DNA from: Candidatus Micrarchaeota archaeon
GTDB taxonomy: Archaea; Micrarchaeota; Micrarchaeia; Anstonellales; Anstonellaceae
Reading direction: 5' to 3'
Assembly (NCBI GenBank): GCA_026414185.1
Contig: JAOAJL010000003.1
Span: 2,896-66,895, forward strand
DNA length: 64,000 nucleotides
Shown: piece by piece, positions 33,786-42,509 of the stretch
Layout: every line of letters starts with the position of its first letter
Position numbering within the stretch: the stretch's first letter is position 1
The notes under the pieces: model-generated
Told to the model about the DNA's origin: nothing
Database searches by the model: none
The model's input: only the letters and a program-made list of their open reading frames with translations
Made by a program: the position numbers and the translations under genes

Positions 33786-34178
33786 TTATTGCCGCACAAG
33801 CTCTTCAAGCTTTCTTCCTGCAAGCCGCGCCTTGCCCAGGGTGATTGTGAAGCTCCTTTCCTGCTCTTCAAGAAGGTGGATTGGGAAAAAAAGCCAGCCC
33901 TCACGAGAAATGCGCCAGCCGACAAGGTAGGTTATGCCCGTCAGTTCCTCCCATCTTTTCATCGCCTCAACCCGCCGCTTCTCAAAAGAAAGCGAAGCCT
34001 TGTCCCAAGATTTGCACTCTATGGCATACTGCACCCCGCGCCTGAAAGCAAGGATGTCTGGCGAAAGCGAATTTACCCCTGAGCCAGCCGCGCGTATGAC
34101 CGCAAATCCGTTCTTTGAGAAGTAGGCGATAAGCTCGCGTTCTGCCTTTGCCCCCTTTGCGTAGGTCCGAAATGCCAT
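33786..34178 (-). CDS. hjc: Holliday junction resolvase Hjc
   Basis: Trimmed to ATG 34178 (MAFRTYAKGAKAERELIAYFSKNGFAVIRAAGSG...SPDILAF....YAIECKS). E...D...E-x-K nuclease motif. 130 aa. Confidence 0.85.
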   Translation of the reverse strand: MAFRTYAKGAKAERELIAYFSKNGFAVIRAAGSGVNSLSPDILAFRRGVQYAIECKSWDKASLSFEKRRVEAMKRWEELTGITYLVGWRISREGWLFFPIHLLEEQERSFTITLGKARLAGRKLEELVRQ

Positions 34179-34206
34179 ACTAAAAGATGGCAGGCAAGGA
34201 ATAATA

Positions 34207-34977
34207 ATGGCTGCGACTGCTATTGTGCGCATGGCTGGTTTGCCTGACGTCCTGCTTGGAGCTCTTGCCATCCTTGCGGCAACTGCGGCAGGCTCGCTTT
34301 GCCTGCTTGCCCTGAAAAAGATAAGCAACAGCCAGCACCGCGCAATAGTCTCGTTCTCCTCTGGGGTGATGCTTTACGCCTCCTATGAAATGCTTGCGCG
34401 CTCGCTTGCCACCTCAGCCCAGGCAGCCGCCATCGGCTTTTCGGCGGGCGCAGCTTGCATGCTTGCGCTTGAGCGCATCATCCCCCATGCCCACGCAGCC
34501 GTCAGAGGCAGGAAAGCAGGGGGATTGTCCCAAAGGCAGAGGAAGGCTGCGATGATTGCCGGGGCGATAACCCTGCACAACATACCGGAAGGGTTTGCGG
34601 TTGCCTCTGCCTTCGCCTCCTCGCCATCACTTGGCTGGCTTGTCGCCTCATCCATAGCAGTCCAGGATATCCCCGAAGGGCTCATAGTTTCCGCGCCTCT
34701 TGTGGCATACGGGATAAGTAGAAAAAACTCGCTTTTCTGGGGCATTTTCTCAGGTGCGGTTGAGGCGGCGGCTGCGCTTGCAGGTTTTGTTTTCCTGTCC
34801 CTGGCATCCTCCCTGGCTTCAGCAGCGCTTTCCTTCTCCGCAGGGGCGATGGGGTTTGTCGTAGCATCTGAGCTTTTGCCCGAGGCTTTCTCCGCAGGGG
34901 AAAAGAAAGCTGCTGCCTTTTGGCTTGCCTGCGGCATCCTCGCCTCCGTTTTCCTCGCAGCAATTTTTGCCTTGTAA
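34207..34977 (+). CDS. ZIP-family metal (zinc) transporter
   Basis: Motifs: ITLHNIPEGFAV and VQDIPEGLIV. About 8 TM helices. Confidence 0.85.
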   Translation: MAATAIVRMAGLPDVLLGALAILAATAAGSLCLLALKKISNSQHRAIVSFSSGVMLYASYEMLARSLATSAQAAAIGFSAGAACMLALERIIPHAHAAVRGRKAGGLSQRQRKAAMIAGAITLHNIPEGFAVASAFASSPSLGWLVASSIAVQDIPEGLIVSAPLVAYGISRKNSLFWGIFSGAVEAAAALAGFVFLSLASSLASAALSFSAGAMGFVVASELLPEAFSAGEKKAAAFWLACGILASVFLAAIFAL

Positions 34978-34993
34978 GAAGTGCTGGCAAGCC

Positions 34994-35545
34994 CTATACT
35001 TCCTCCTCCTCTATGCACTCCTCGCACTTGAGCTTGCCCTCGTCGCGCTTGAGACCTTCGGAGTAGGTGCCGCAAACCTCGCAAACGCCGGTGAAATACT
35101 CGTTCGGCTTGCCTTTGCGTATCTCCTGCATCTCTAATATGACATCAACAATGCCCGGATAAACGCGCAGCAAGTCGCCCTCGGTTATTATCCCCACAAG
35201 CCTGCCTGTCTTGTCAACCACGGGAAGCCTCTTTATCCTGTTGCTTCGCAGGGCGACTGCCGCGTCCTCCACAGTGTCGCTTGCCCTTATCACTTTTAGA
35301 GGCCGGCTCATTATTGAGCGGAGCTTCACTTTTTTGGCATCCTTTCCCTGCGCGATGACCTTGTGCACTATGTCCCTCTCGGTTATTATGCCGCGCGCCT
35401 TGCCTTTCTGGGTGACTATCACAGAGCCCACATTCGTCTTTCGCAAAAGCCTTGCGGCGTCATAAACAGTCTTGTCTGCCGGAAGGGTGAACACGCCTGC
35501 CGTCATGCACTCCCCGACCTTGATGTTCATGCCCATCGCAATCAC
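34994..35545 (-). CDS. CBS domain pair protein with C-terminal zinc ribbon
   Basis: Two CBS repeats (GSVIVTQKGKARGIITERDI / RLPVVDKTGRLVGIITEGDLL), followed by CEVCG...LKCEEC. Confidence 0.8.
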   Translation of the reverse strand: MIAMGMNIKVGECMTAGVFTLPADKTVYDAARLLRKTNVGSVIVTQKGKARGIITERDIVHKVIAQGKDAKKVKLRSIMSRPLKVIRASDTVEDAAVALRSNRIKRLPVVDKTGRLVGIITEGDLLRVYPGIVDVILEMQEIRKGKPNEYFTGVCEVCGTYSEGLKRDEGKLKCEECIEEEEV

Positions 35546-35612
35546 CCCCGAATGCAGGCTTCTCGCTCAAACTTTTTAAAATGAGGCGGCAAATACTTAT
35601 CAGGATGGTCTT

Positions 35613-35783
35613 ATGGAATTCAAAAGCTTCATCTCAGGCATGCTCTTTTTGACAGGACTGCAGATGCTTCTTCCCTTTGTGGGGGTGAAGATAGAAGTGG
35701 TGCTGCCCTACGCGCCGTTTTCCCAGATTGTCCTTGCCTTCGTGGCAATACTGCTTTCCTACTATCTTTTCAAGACAAACTAA
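35613..35783 (+). CDS. possible small membrane protein (56 aa, below the ORF-track cutoff)
   Basis: My translation: MEFKSFISGMLFLTGLQMLLPFVGVKIEVVLPYAPFSQIVLAFVAILLSYYLFKTN. It has two hydrophobic helices and fills an otherwise empty 260-bp gap. Confidence 0.3.
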   Translation: MEFKSFISGMLFLTGLQMLLPFVGVKIEVVLPYAPFSQIVLAFVAILLSYYLFKTN

Positions 35784-35808
35784 GTTCGCAAAGATGCGCA
35801 AAGAGCCG

Positions 35809-36141
35809 CTATCCTTGCCGCACCACAATGCAGTAGTCGGCTTGCTTGTGGAGGAGGAAAAACTCGTTTTTCCCAAGCTGAAGCGCATCCTCTCCTATCT
35901 TCTGCGGAGGGCTTGCCGGCTTGCCGATGCGTATCCTTTTTTCCTTTTCATTCTCGCAGACAAGAACTGCGAGGGCAGGCCCTCCCCTGCTTACATAGTT
36001 TAGCAGCGCATCGCGCTTTGACCTGCCTGCGAACCTGACGGTTTTTTCATCCACCTTCACCAGCCTTCCGCGGCTTAAGGTTTCTATCCTCTCATTTACA
36101 GTCCCGCCTTTCCCAAGGACGCTTATCGCAGAAGTTGCCAC
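35809..36141 (-). CDS. hypothetical protein (110 aa)
   Basis: Clean ORF. There is weak resemblance of ISVLGKGGTVNERIETLSRGRLVKV to CRM/YhbY-type RNA-binding motifs. This is not a secure call. Confidence 0.4.
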   Translation of the reverse strand: MATSAISVLGKGGTVNERIETLSRGRLVKVDEKTVRFAGRSKRDALLNYVSRGGPALAVLVCENEKEKRIRIGKPASPPQKIGEDALQLGKNEFFLLHKQADYCIVVRQG

Positions 36142-36239
36142 TTTCCCACCCGTCCTTGTTTCTGTGCAGAAGCTATTTTAAGCCAAGCGCAGTGCGCAAG
36201 CGCAGGTTTATATACCACTTGCCTCCCTAACAAAGAAAG

Positions 36240-36587
36240 CTGTGCGCGGATGGCAGCAGGAGCCTTCAGGCAATGAGTCCCCTGTCAACAGCGCACCGCA
36301 CAAATGCGAAACATTTTGCGTGGTGGGGTCGGCAGGTCCGGAGCACCGCGCATTATGGCAAGAATATATTTCAAACGCGAAGAAAGCATCAAAGAATCAC
36401 AAAAGAAGGCGAAAGGCAGTTCACAGAAAGATTTTCACGCTCATTTCCGCCCTTCCTGAAAGGGCGGGGCAACCCGAGGTTGCTGAAAAGCCCGGCTTGG
36501 ATGCCGCGGCGAGCGCAAAATCTCAAATGAGCCGTCAAGGCAAAAGCAGTTGCCCTCTGAAGTAGGCGGCTGGAGAGGGATTTTTTC
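36240..36587 (+). ncRNA. candidate structured non-coding RNA(s), family unknown
   Basis: TATA-like TTTATATA at 36207..36214, about 25 nt upstream. Hairpins at 36294..36325, 36447..36467 and 36469..36483. An 8-bp closing helix pairs 36439..36446 with 36525..36532. A T6 run lies at 36581..36586. No credible ORF is present. Confidence 0.35.
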
Positions 36588-36726
36588 ATTCCCGCCATGC
36601 AGCCTGCCTTGAGGTGCGGCGAGAATGCGGCGAAGCCTCTTTGCGAGGCAAAGCCGGCAAGATGCTTTTTTCGTGTCTTGAAAACAAGGCAAAAGCCACA
36701 ATAGGAAAAAACCAAGGGTGAAAGCA

Positions 36727-38004
36727 ATGGGAAAGACTTACATTGACACTGTAAAATACCTTGTCTATGCGAACGTGGAGATAGACGGGCTTGTGGAAAA
36801 GCCCGACGTCGTAGGCGCGGTTTTTGGGCAGACCGAAGGGCTGCTTGGCGACGAGCTTGACCTGCGCGAGCTTCAAAAGAACGGCAGGATAGGCAGGATA
36901 GAGGTTGACTTGCAGCCCCGCGGCGGCCGCTCAGTCGGAAAAATAAAGCTACCCTCCTCGCTTGACATGGTGGAAACTTGCATACTTGCGGCGGCGCTTG
37001 AAACGGTGGACAGGGTCGGTCCATGCGAGGCGAAAATAGCGATTGAGAAGGTTGAGGACACCCGAAACGCCAAGCGCAAGGTGCTTGTGGAGAGGGCAAA
37101 GTCCCTCCTCAAAAGCCTGCTGACAAACGAGATACCCGAAAGCAAGGAGATATCTGAGATGGTCCGGCAGGAAGTCAAGATAGCCGAGATAGAGGAATAC
37201 GGACCGGAAAAGCTGCCCTGCGGACCTGGCATTGAAAAGGCGGACTCCATAATAATCGTGGAGGGCAGGGCGGACGTGCTCAACCTGCTGAAAAATGACA
37301 TCAACAACGTGATTGCAGTCGGCGGGGCAAACGTCACCGGCGCAATAGCAAAGCTGGCGCGCGAAAAGGAGGTGACCGTCTTCCTTGACGGCGACAGGGG
37401 AGGGGACATCATCCTGAATGAGCTGGCGCGGGTTGCTGACATTGATTTTGTGGCGCGCGCGCCGCCCGGCAAGGAGGTGGAGGAGCTTTCCAGAAAGGAG
37501 CTTATCAAGTGCCTGCGCGCCAAAGTGCCCTTTGAGCAGGGAAGCCAAAACGGAGAAAGGGACGAAAGAAGGGAGAGGGCAAGGCGCGAGCGCTTTGAGG
37601 AGCGGCAGAGGGAGAGAAGACGCGAGGAAGCAGAAGCCCAGCCTGCCTCTTTCCAGGAGCCTGCTTTGCAGGAGGTTCCTCTGCCGCCAAAAGAGGAGCA
37701 GCCTCAGCCGCAAAAGCCATCCGAAATCCCGCCAGCCCTCCTGTCCTCCCTTGATGAGCTTGAAAATACCCTTCGGGCGCGCTTTTACAATTCCGAGCTT
37801 GCGCTGCTCAAGGAGATGCCTGTGAGGGACATGATAAAGTCCCTTGACGAGCCAAACGAAGTCCACGCAATAGTGTTTGACGGGATAATAACCCAGAGGC
37901 TTGCCGACCTGGCGGAGGCAAAGCACGTCAGCATGCTTGTCGCAGTCAAGCTTGGCAACGTCTTTCGCAAGCCCGCAAACGTCCTGATATACACCAAGAC
38001 ATAA
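36727..38004 (+). CDS. dnaG: archaeal DnaG-type primase (TOPRIM; exosome-associated family)
   Basis: Starts at ATG 36727 (MGKTYIDTVKYLVYANVEIDG). TOPRIM motifs IIVEGRADV and FLDGDRGGD. There is a charged low-complexity insert at about 37540..37740. Confidence 0.9.
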   Translation: MGKTYIDTVKYLVYANVEIDGLVEKPDVVGAVFGQTEGLLGDELDLRELQKNGRIGRIEVDLQPRGGRSVGKIKLPSSLDMVETCILAAALETVDRVGPCEAKIAIEKVEDTRNAKRKVLVERAKSLLKSLLTNEIPESKEISEMVRQEVKIAEIEEYGPEKLPCGPGIEKADSIIIVEGRADVLNLLKNDINNVIAVGGANVTGAIAKLAREKEVTVFLDGDRGGDIILNELARVADIDFVARAPPGKEVEELSRKELIKCLRAKVPFEQGSQNGERDERRERARRERFEERQRERRREEAEAQPASFQEPALQEVPLPPKEEQPQPQKPSEIPPALLSSLDELENTLRARFYNSELALLKEMPVRDMIKSLDEPNEVHAIVFDGIITQRLADLAEAKHVSMLVAVKLGNVFRKPANVLIYTKT

Positions 38005-38015
38005 GGCTGGTTGGA

Positions 38016-38645
38016 GTGCACAAGACATCCCAAAAGCCCCAAGCAGAGCAAGGAAAAAACCAGCAGCGGCTGTGCCTGAGGGAGTTTGAAAAGCGGCTCA
38101 ACGAGGACCGAAGCCTTGCCGAATATGGAAAAGAAGGCAGGGTTCAGCCGAAGGCAAAGAGAGTGTCTCTCAGCAAGGACCCTGCCAGCCGCGCCATTAG
38201 GGTAAGGCTGAAAAGGACCGAGCTTGCCCCGCTCAAAAAGACTGTCATGGGGGAAAAGTTCATCAGGACATACAGGCGCGCTAGAACCGACCATATTGAG
38301 CGGCTTGTGAGGGTAAACTTTGAGGAGCTTGTAAGGCAGGGCGTCAAGGTTCTCGTTTCCGTCTTGAAAGAGCGCTATGGGGAGAGGGGGGACGCAAGCG
38401 CCCTCCTTGACTACAACACCAGCCGAGATTTTGCCTCATTCTGCCTCAACCCGGAAAGCGGTCATGGGTTTGACCGGAGCCGGTTCATCACCACTGAGGG
38501 CAAAAAGATGAAGACGGGCGAAGGCGCAATTGACTACATGGTCCGGCAGTTTTTTGAGGACGAGGCAACCGCCAAAAAGGTGTGGGCAATCGCGTGCTTC
38601 AAGTTTTTCAGGAGCCGCCAGAAAGGCGGGAAGGGGCGGCAATAG
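38016..38645 (+). CDS. hypothetical basic protein
   Basis: GTG start at 38016, 12 nt after dnaG. I recognise no motif. Confidence 0.45.
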   Translation: MHKTSQKPQAEQGKNQQRLCLREFEKRLNEDRSLAEYGKEGRVQPKAKRVSLSKDPASRAIRVRLKRTELAPLKKTVMGEKFIRTYRRARTDHIERLVRVNFEELVRQGVKVLVSVLKERYGERGDASALLDYNTSRDFASFCLNPESGHGFDRSRFITTEGKKMKTGEGAIDYMVRQFFEDEATAKKVWAIACFKFFRSRQKGGKGRQ

Positions 38646-38718
38646 CCGCCAAAGCCAATCCTTCCTCCAGAAGCCCCCAATCCTCCGAAGGCAGATTGCC
38701 GGCTTTGCCGGTGGGAAG

Positions 38719-38792
38719 GGCCACAGCCGAGATTTGAACTCGGGCTAAGAGATCCACAGTCTCCCGTGCTACCGGACTACACCACCGTGGCC
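38719..38792 (-). tRNA. tRNA-His (anticodon GUG), intron-less, with encoded G-1
   Basis: Hand fold: G GCCACGG UG GUGU AGUCCGGUA GCAC G GGAGA CUGUGGA UCUCU UAGC CCGAG UUCAAAU CUCGG CUGUGGC C. Confidence 0.9.
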
Positions 38793-38851
38793 AAAGCTCC
38801 TGAAGACTATAAATACAAACTAAATTAAACCTCACCTGCGAAAAGCGTCTC

Positions 38852-39433
38852 ATGAGGACTGCAGTTCTCCTGGTTGCCCTCGGCATGCTCGCAGTTGCAA
38901 TCGCCTATCTCATATTTTCCAAACCGCACTACCCGCTGTCCGAGGAGGACGCAAGGAAATACTTCCTTGAGGACTTGAAGGAGAAGTATCCGAACGCAGA
39001 TGTGCGCGAAATAATGGAAATCCTGGCGCTCTCTTCAAGCGACGGCACCCCCTACTACCAGCTAAAGGCGCGGGTGACCTTCGGCATGTCAACACCCTGT
39101 CCGGAGAGGCTGCACGTCTATTACGAATATCCGCCGAAGAACTTCGTGGCGCAACCGCCAGAATACATAACAAAAGGGTGCAAAATCTGCATAAACGAGC
39201 CCACCTGCATAATCGCATTTCCTGAGGAGGCGACAATAGCGTCCCACACCTATCCGGGCACAGAGGCGGTGGCGCAGTTTGTCAAAAGCAACTCCGATGC
39301 CGCCGCATCGGTTTCTTTTGATGCAACAAGCGGGAATTGGCTTGTCAGGTGGCAGTCTGCCTCCGCTGGCTTTGGCTACAACGTCCGGATTTCAAAATCC
39401 GAAAACAGGGTGCTTTCGGTAGAGAAATCCTGA
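38852..39433 (+). CDS. hypothetical exported or membrane-anchored Cys-containing protein
   Basis: N-terminal anchor MRTAVLLVALGMLAVAIAYLIF. Five Cys in the ectodomain. Confidence 0.5.
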   Translation: MRTAVLLVALGMLAVAIAYLIFSKPHYPLSEEDARKYFLEDLKEKYPNADVREIMEILALSSSDGTPYYQLKARVTFGMSTPCPERLHVYYEYPPKNFVAQPPEYITKGCKICINEPTCIIAFPEEATIASHTYPGTEAVAQFVKSNSDAAASVSFDATSGNWLVRWQSASAGFGYNVRISKSENRVLSVEKS

Positions 39434-39451
39434 AGGAGAGCGCAAGCCTTG

Positions 39452-41227
39452 TCAGCTTTCGTAATAGTAGTACTCGCCTGCCTCTTTTTGCTCCCTGTCA
39501 AGGGCGGAATCGGGCTTGTTTATCCTGGGGCGCATGGAGTCCTTGTCGCGCCTGAGGGTTATGCCCATCTTTTTGAGGAAGCGGTTCATGCCCTCCCTCT
39601 TCCCCATCGGCGCAGACGCATGGCCGCGCCTGCCGGATTCCCCGTCAAATATCACCATTCTGGAGGAAATCGCGTCAAGAAGCACAAGGTCGTGGTCAAT
39701 CACGAACGCCGCCTTGTTTGAGCCGGATATGGTCTGCTGCAGAAGCGAGGCGAATTCAAGCCTCTGCTCTATGTCCAAAAATGCGGAAGGCTCGTCAAAA
39801 AGGTAAAGGTCCGCCTCTTTTGAGAGGGCAAGGGCAATCGCAACCCTCTGCAGCTCCCCGCCCGAGAGGGATTGGACGCTTTTTTCCATAAGGTGATTCA
39901 GCGAAAGCCTGCGGCAGGCGGCAAGCGCGGTTTGCGAATCAGCCTGCGATTGCGCAAAGAGCTCCCGCACCTCTGTATCGCCCTCAGCCTTCACGTACTG
40001 CGGCTTGTAGGAGATTCGAAGCGATGAGCCCACCTGCCCCTCATCGGGCTTTTCCACCCCAGCAATCATCTTTATGAAAACGGTCTTTCCTATGGCATTT
40101 TCCCCAAGAAGCCCGACAACCTCGCCTTCCATTATGTTGCCTGCCTCGGATGAGAATTCAAAAAGCTCAAAGCGCTTCCTGAGCTCCGGGTAGGAGAACT
40201 TCTCCTTTTTCGCCTTGCTTTCCTGGCAGGATGCGACAGAAAAGCTTATGGAGTGGTCGCGGAAGCGCACATTCTCGTCTTTGAGAAAGCCGTCAAGGTA
40301 TTCATTTATCCCGCTTCGCGCAGACTTCACTTTGGAAACCACCCCGTATGCGTTTTCCTGCCCGTAGAATACATGGACATAGTCCGACAGGTAGTCAAAA
40401 ACCGCCAGGTCGTGCTCAATGACAAGCACCCTCTTTTTCTCCGCCAGCCTCTTTAGCGCGCGCGCAACGGAAAGCCTCTGCTTTATGTCAAGATAGGCAC
40501 CCGGCTCATCAAAGCAGTATATGTCGGCATCCCTGCAGTAGGCGGCGGCGATGGCAAGCCGCTGCAACTCGCCGCCAGAAAGCGACTGGACGTTTTTTTC
40601 AAGAAGGCTTTCAAGGGAAAACTCCATGACCGCCTCGCCCATCGCCCCCCTCTGGTCGCTTTTTTCAAGAAGCTGCCTGGCTTTGCCGGAAAAAATCTCC
40701 GCAATCCTGTTGACGTTCTGCGGCTTGAAGGAAACGGAGAGCTTCCTTTCCCCCAAAAGCCGGTAGTAGTTCTGCATTTCCGGCGCCAGCCTGGCAACAA
40801 TCTCCTCGTGCGAAAGGCGCCTGCCGAAGATGGCGAAGTTGGGCTGAAGCTGGTTTGCCAGCAGCCTTACCGCCGTGCTTTTTCCTATGCCGTTTTTCCC
40901 AATCAGCCCGACAACCCCGTCCTGCGGCAGGGGCAAGCCGTAGAGGCGGAAGGCGTTCTCGCCATACTGGTAAATCGGGTTTTGCATCTCTGAGGCAAGG
41001 TTGATTATGACTATGCATTCCGCAGGGCATTTTTTCGGGCAGATTCCGCAGCCGGTGCAGAGCTCTTCGGAGATTACCGGATAGCCTTCGCCATCCACCA
41101 CCACGGTTTCCTCGCCCATCCTCACGCCAGGGCAGACCTTCGCGCACTGATAGCCGCACCTTTCCCTTATGCACCTTTCCCTGTCTATTATCGCAACACG
41201 CGTCTGCCCGAATTTTTTTCCAGCCAT
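39452..41227 (-). CDS. ABCE1 / RNase L inhibitor-type ribosome recycling ATPase
   Basis: Trimmed to ATG 41227 (MAGKKFGQTRVAIIDRERC). Two 4Fe-4S motifs (CGYQCAKVCP, CTGCGICPKKCP). Two ABC cassettes (GKNGIGKST / GENAIGKT, with LSGGELQR twice). Confidence 0.95.
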   Translation of the reverse strand: MAGKKFGQTRVAIIDRERCIRERCGYQCAKVCPGVRMGEETVVVDGEGYPVISEELCTGCGICPKKCPAECIVIINLASEMQNPIYQYGENAFRLYGLPLPQDGVVGLIGKNGIGKSTAVRLLANQLQPNFAIFGRRLSHEEIVARLAPEMQNYYRLLGERKLSVSFKPQNVNRIAEIFSGKARQLLEKSDQRGAMGEAVMEFSLESLLEKNVQSLSGGELQRLAIAAAYCRDADIYCFDEPGAYLDIKQRLSVARALKRLAEKKRVLVIEHDLAVFDYLSDYVHVFYGQENAYGVVSKVKSARSGINEYLDGFLKDENVRFRDHSISFSVASCQESKAKKEKFSYPELRKRFELFEFSSEAGNIMEGEVVGLLGENAIGKTVFIKMIAGVEKPDEGQVGSSLRISYKPQYVKAEGDTEVRELFAQSQADSQTALAACRRLSLNHLMEKSVQSLSGGELQRVAIALALSKEADLYLFDEPSAFLDIEQRLEFASLLQQTISGSNKAAFVIDHDLVLLDAISSRMVIFDGESGRRGHASAPMGKREGMNRFLKKMGITLRRDKDSMRPRINKPDSALDREQKEAGEYYYYES

Positions 41228-41410
41228 AGTTTTGAGGTTCTTGAGCGCTTGCTTTATATTCCATCTGCCTTTTTTGCGGGTTATAAACATTCCTTTGGAC
41301 AGCTGTCCAACAGCAGTTGGACTTCCGTTAAAGGTCAAATCGCTAGCTATTTATTGCATTCCAGAGAATCAAAAGCCGGGAATGCAGTAGCGCGGAGTGG
41401 GGCGGGCAGT

Positions 41411-42475
41411 ATGTGGTGGGAGGCTCGCGTTCCGCACACTGCAAAGCAAGGCAATGATGCGGGACGCACAGGCGCAAAGGGGGTTTCCACAAGCCCAGTC
41501 CGCCTGCTGCGCGGAAGGGAGCTGGCTGAAAAAGCATTCTCAGCCGCGAATGTCTCAATGCCCCATGCCGCCCCAGACAAAAAAGGATTCTTCTCCAAGG
41601 CGTTTGGGGCTGCGAAGAAAAAAGGCAACCGACAAAACAGCAACAGCTGCTCGGATTTCTCCGAAGAGCTTCTTGACCTGAACATAAAAGCCCCGCTTCA
41701 GTGGTATGAGCTTGCCGACATGGCAAAGGCGCACTACCTGAAGTGGCTTGCAAAGCGCAAGCCTGATGACGAGGAAGTGAAGATTAGGCTTGAAGGATGC
41801 AAGGAGATATATGCCCCTCGCATGAGGCTGATTCGCCAGCAAGGCGGGCTGGAAGCCGAGCGCGCCCTGATGTTTCTTAAGGAGGCAAAGCGCTTCGCAA
41901 GGCGGATGGGGGAGGTCTTGATTGCGGAGCGAAAAAGGGCAGACAAGCAAATCAGCATTCTTGAAAAGCAGGCGCAAGAGGAGATTGCGGAGATTTGCAA
42001 GGCAGAGGAGCTTGAGAAAGAAGCGGCAAAAAAATTCTACCGCAAGAAAGACGCGATGCTTGCCGGCTTTTTAAGCAGGGAATTTGAAGGGGCGGACTCT
42101 CTTGTGAAGGTGGTGAAATGCCTGGCAAGATACGCAGAATACCTCGCCCCTCTTCTTGGCGGGACTGCGGCTTTTTTGGCAGGGGCTTCGCCCGAAGCAA
42201 TCGGAGCGATAGCCGCCGCGGTGGGCATAAGCCTCAAGGCGCTCAAGTGGCATCTTTCGGTTGTCAGGACCCACATCCCGCGCAGGGAGGCAAAGAGGCT
42301 GGAGTGCATCATGCGGCAAAGAAGGCTTCAAAAAGAGGAGGTGCAAGAGAGGCTTGAGAAGCGGCGGGAGGAGGTGGAGGCTGGCTTTTCGCAAGCCGAG
42401 GCGAAGGTCACGGAGAGCATAAAAAAGGCGCATGCTCGGCTCTGCCAGCACTTTGAATACGTGCTTGCCGGATGA
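41411..42475 (+). CDS. hypothetical coiled-coil protein with Gly/Ala-rich hydrophobic segment
   Basis: The start is uncertain (41249, 41411 or 41558). Long heptad-rich charged regions. Hydrophobic segment LLGGTAAFLAGASPEAIGAIAAAVGISL. It ends 35 nt before pelota. Confidence 0.45.
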   Translation: MWWEARVPHTAKQGNDAGRTGAKGVSTSPVRLLRGRELAEKAFSAANVSMPHAAPDKKGFFSKAFGAAKKKGNRQNSNSCSDFSEELLDLNIKAPLQWYELADMAKAHYLKWLAKRKPDDEEVKIRLEGCKEIYAPRMRLIRQQGGLEAERALMFLKEAKRFARRMGEVLIAERKRADKQISILEKQAQEEIAEICKAEELEKEAAKKFYRKKDAMLAGFLSREFEGADSLVKVVKCLARYAEYLAPLLGGTAAFLAGASPEAIGAIAAAVGISLKALKWHLSVVRTHIPRREAKRLECIMRQRRLQKEEVQERLEKRREEVEAGFSQAEAKVTESIKKAHARLCQHFEYVLAG

Positions 42476-42509
42476 ATGGATTAAACTTCTTTTCTTCCTT
42501 TTTTAGCCC

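Noticed and set aside
36240-36587. Possibility that the structured region upstream of dnaG is the SRP (7S) RNA
   Set aside because: A CCCCUGUCAAC element resembles the Alu-domain UGUAAU turn, and GGCAGGUCCGGAGCACC superficially resembles helix 8. However, no GNAR tetraloop hairpin with the AGCA-containing loop can be drawn. The central about 90 nt is A-rich and unpaired, and no long helix 5 pairing is found. It is kept only as an unassigned ncRNA candidate.
38530-38886. ORFs 38530..38748(+) and 38608..38886(-)
   Set aside because: They overlap tRNA-His and intergenic sequence.
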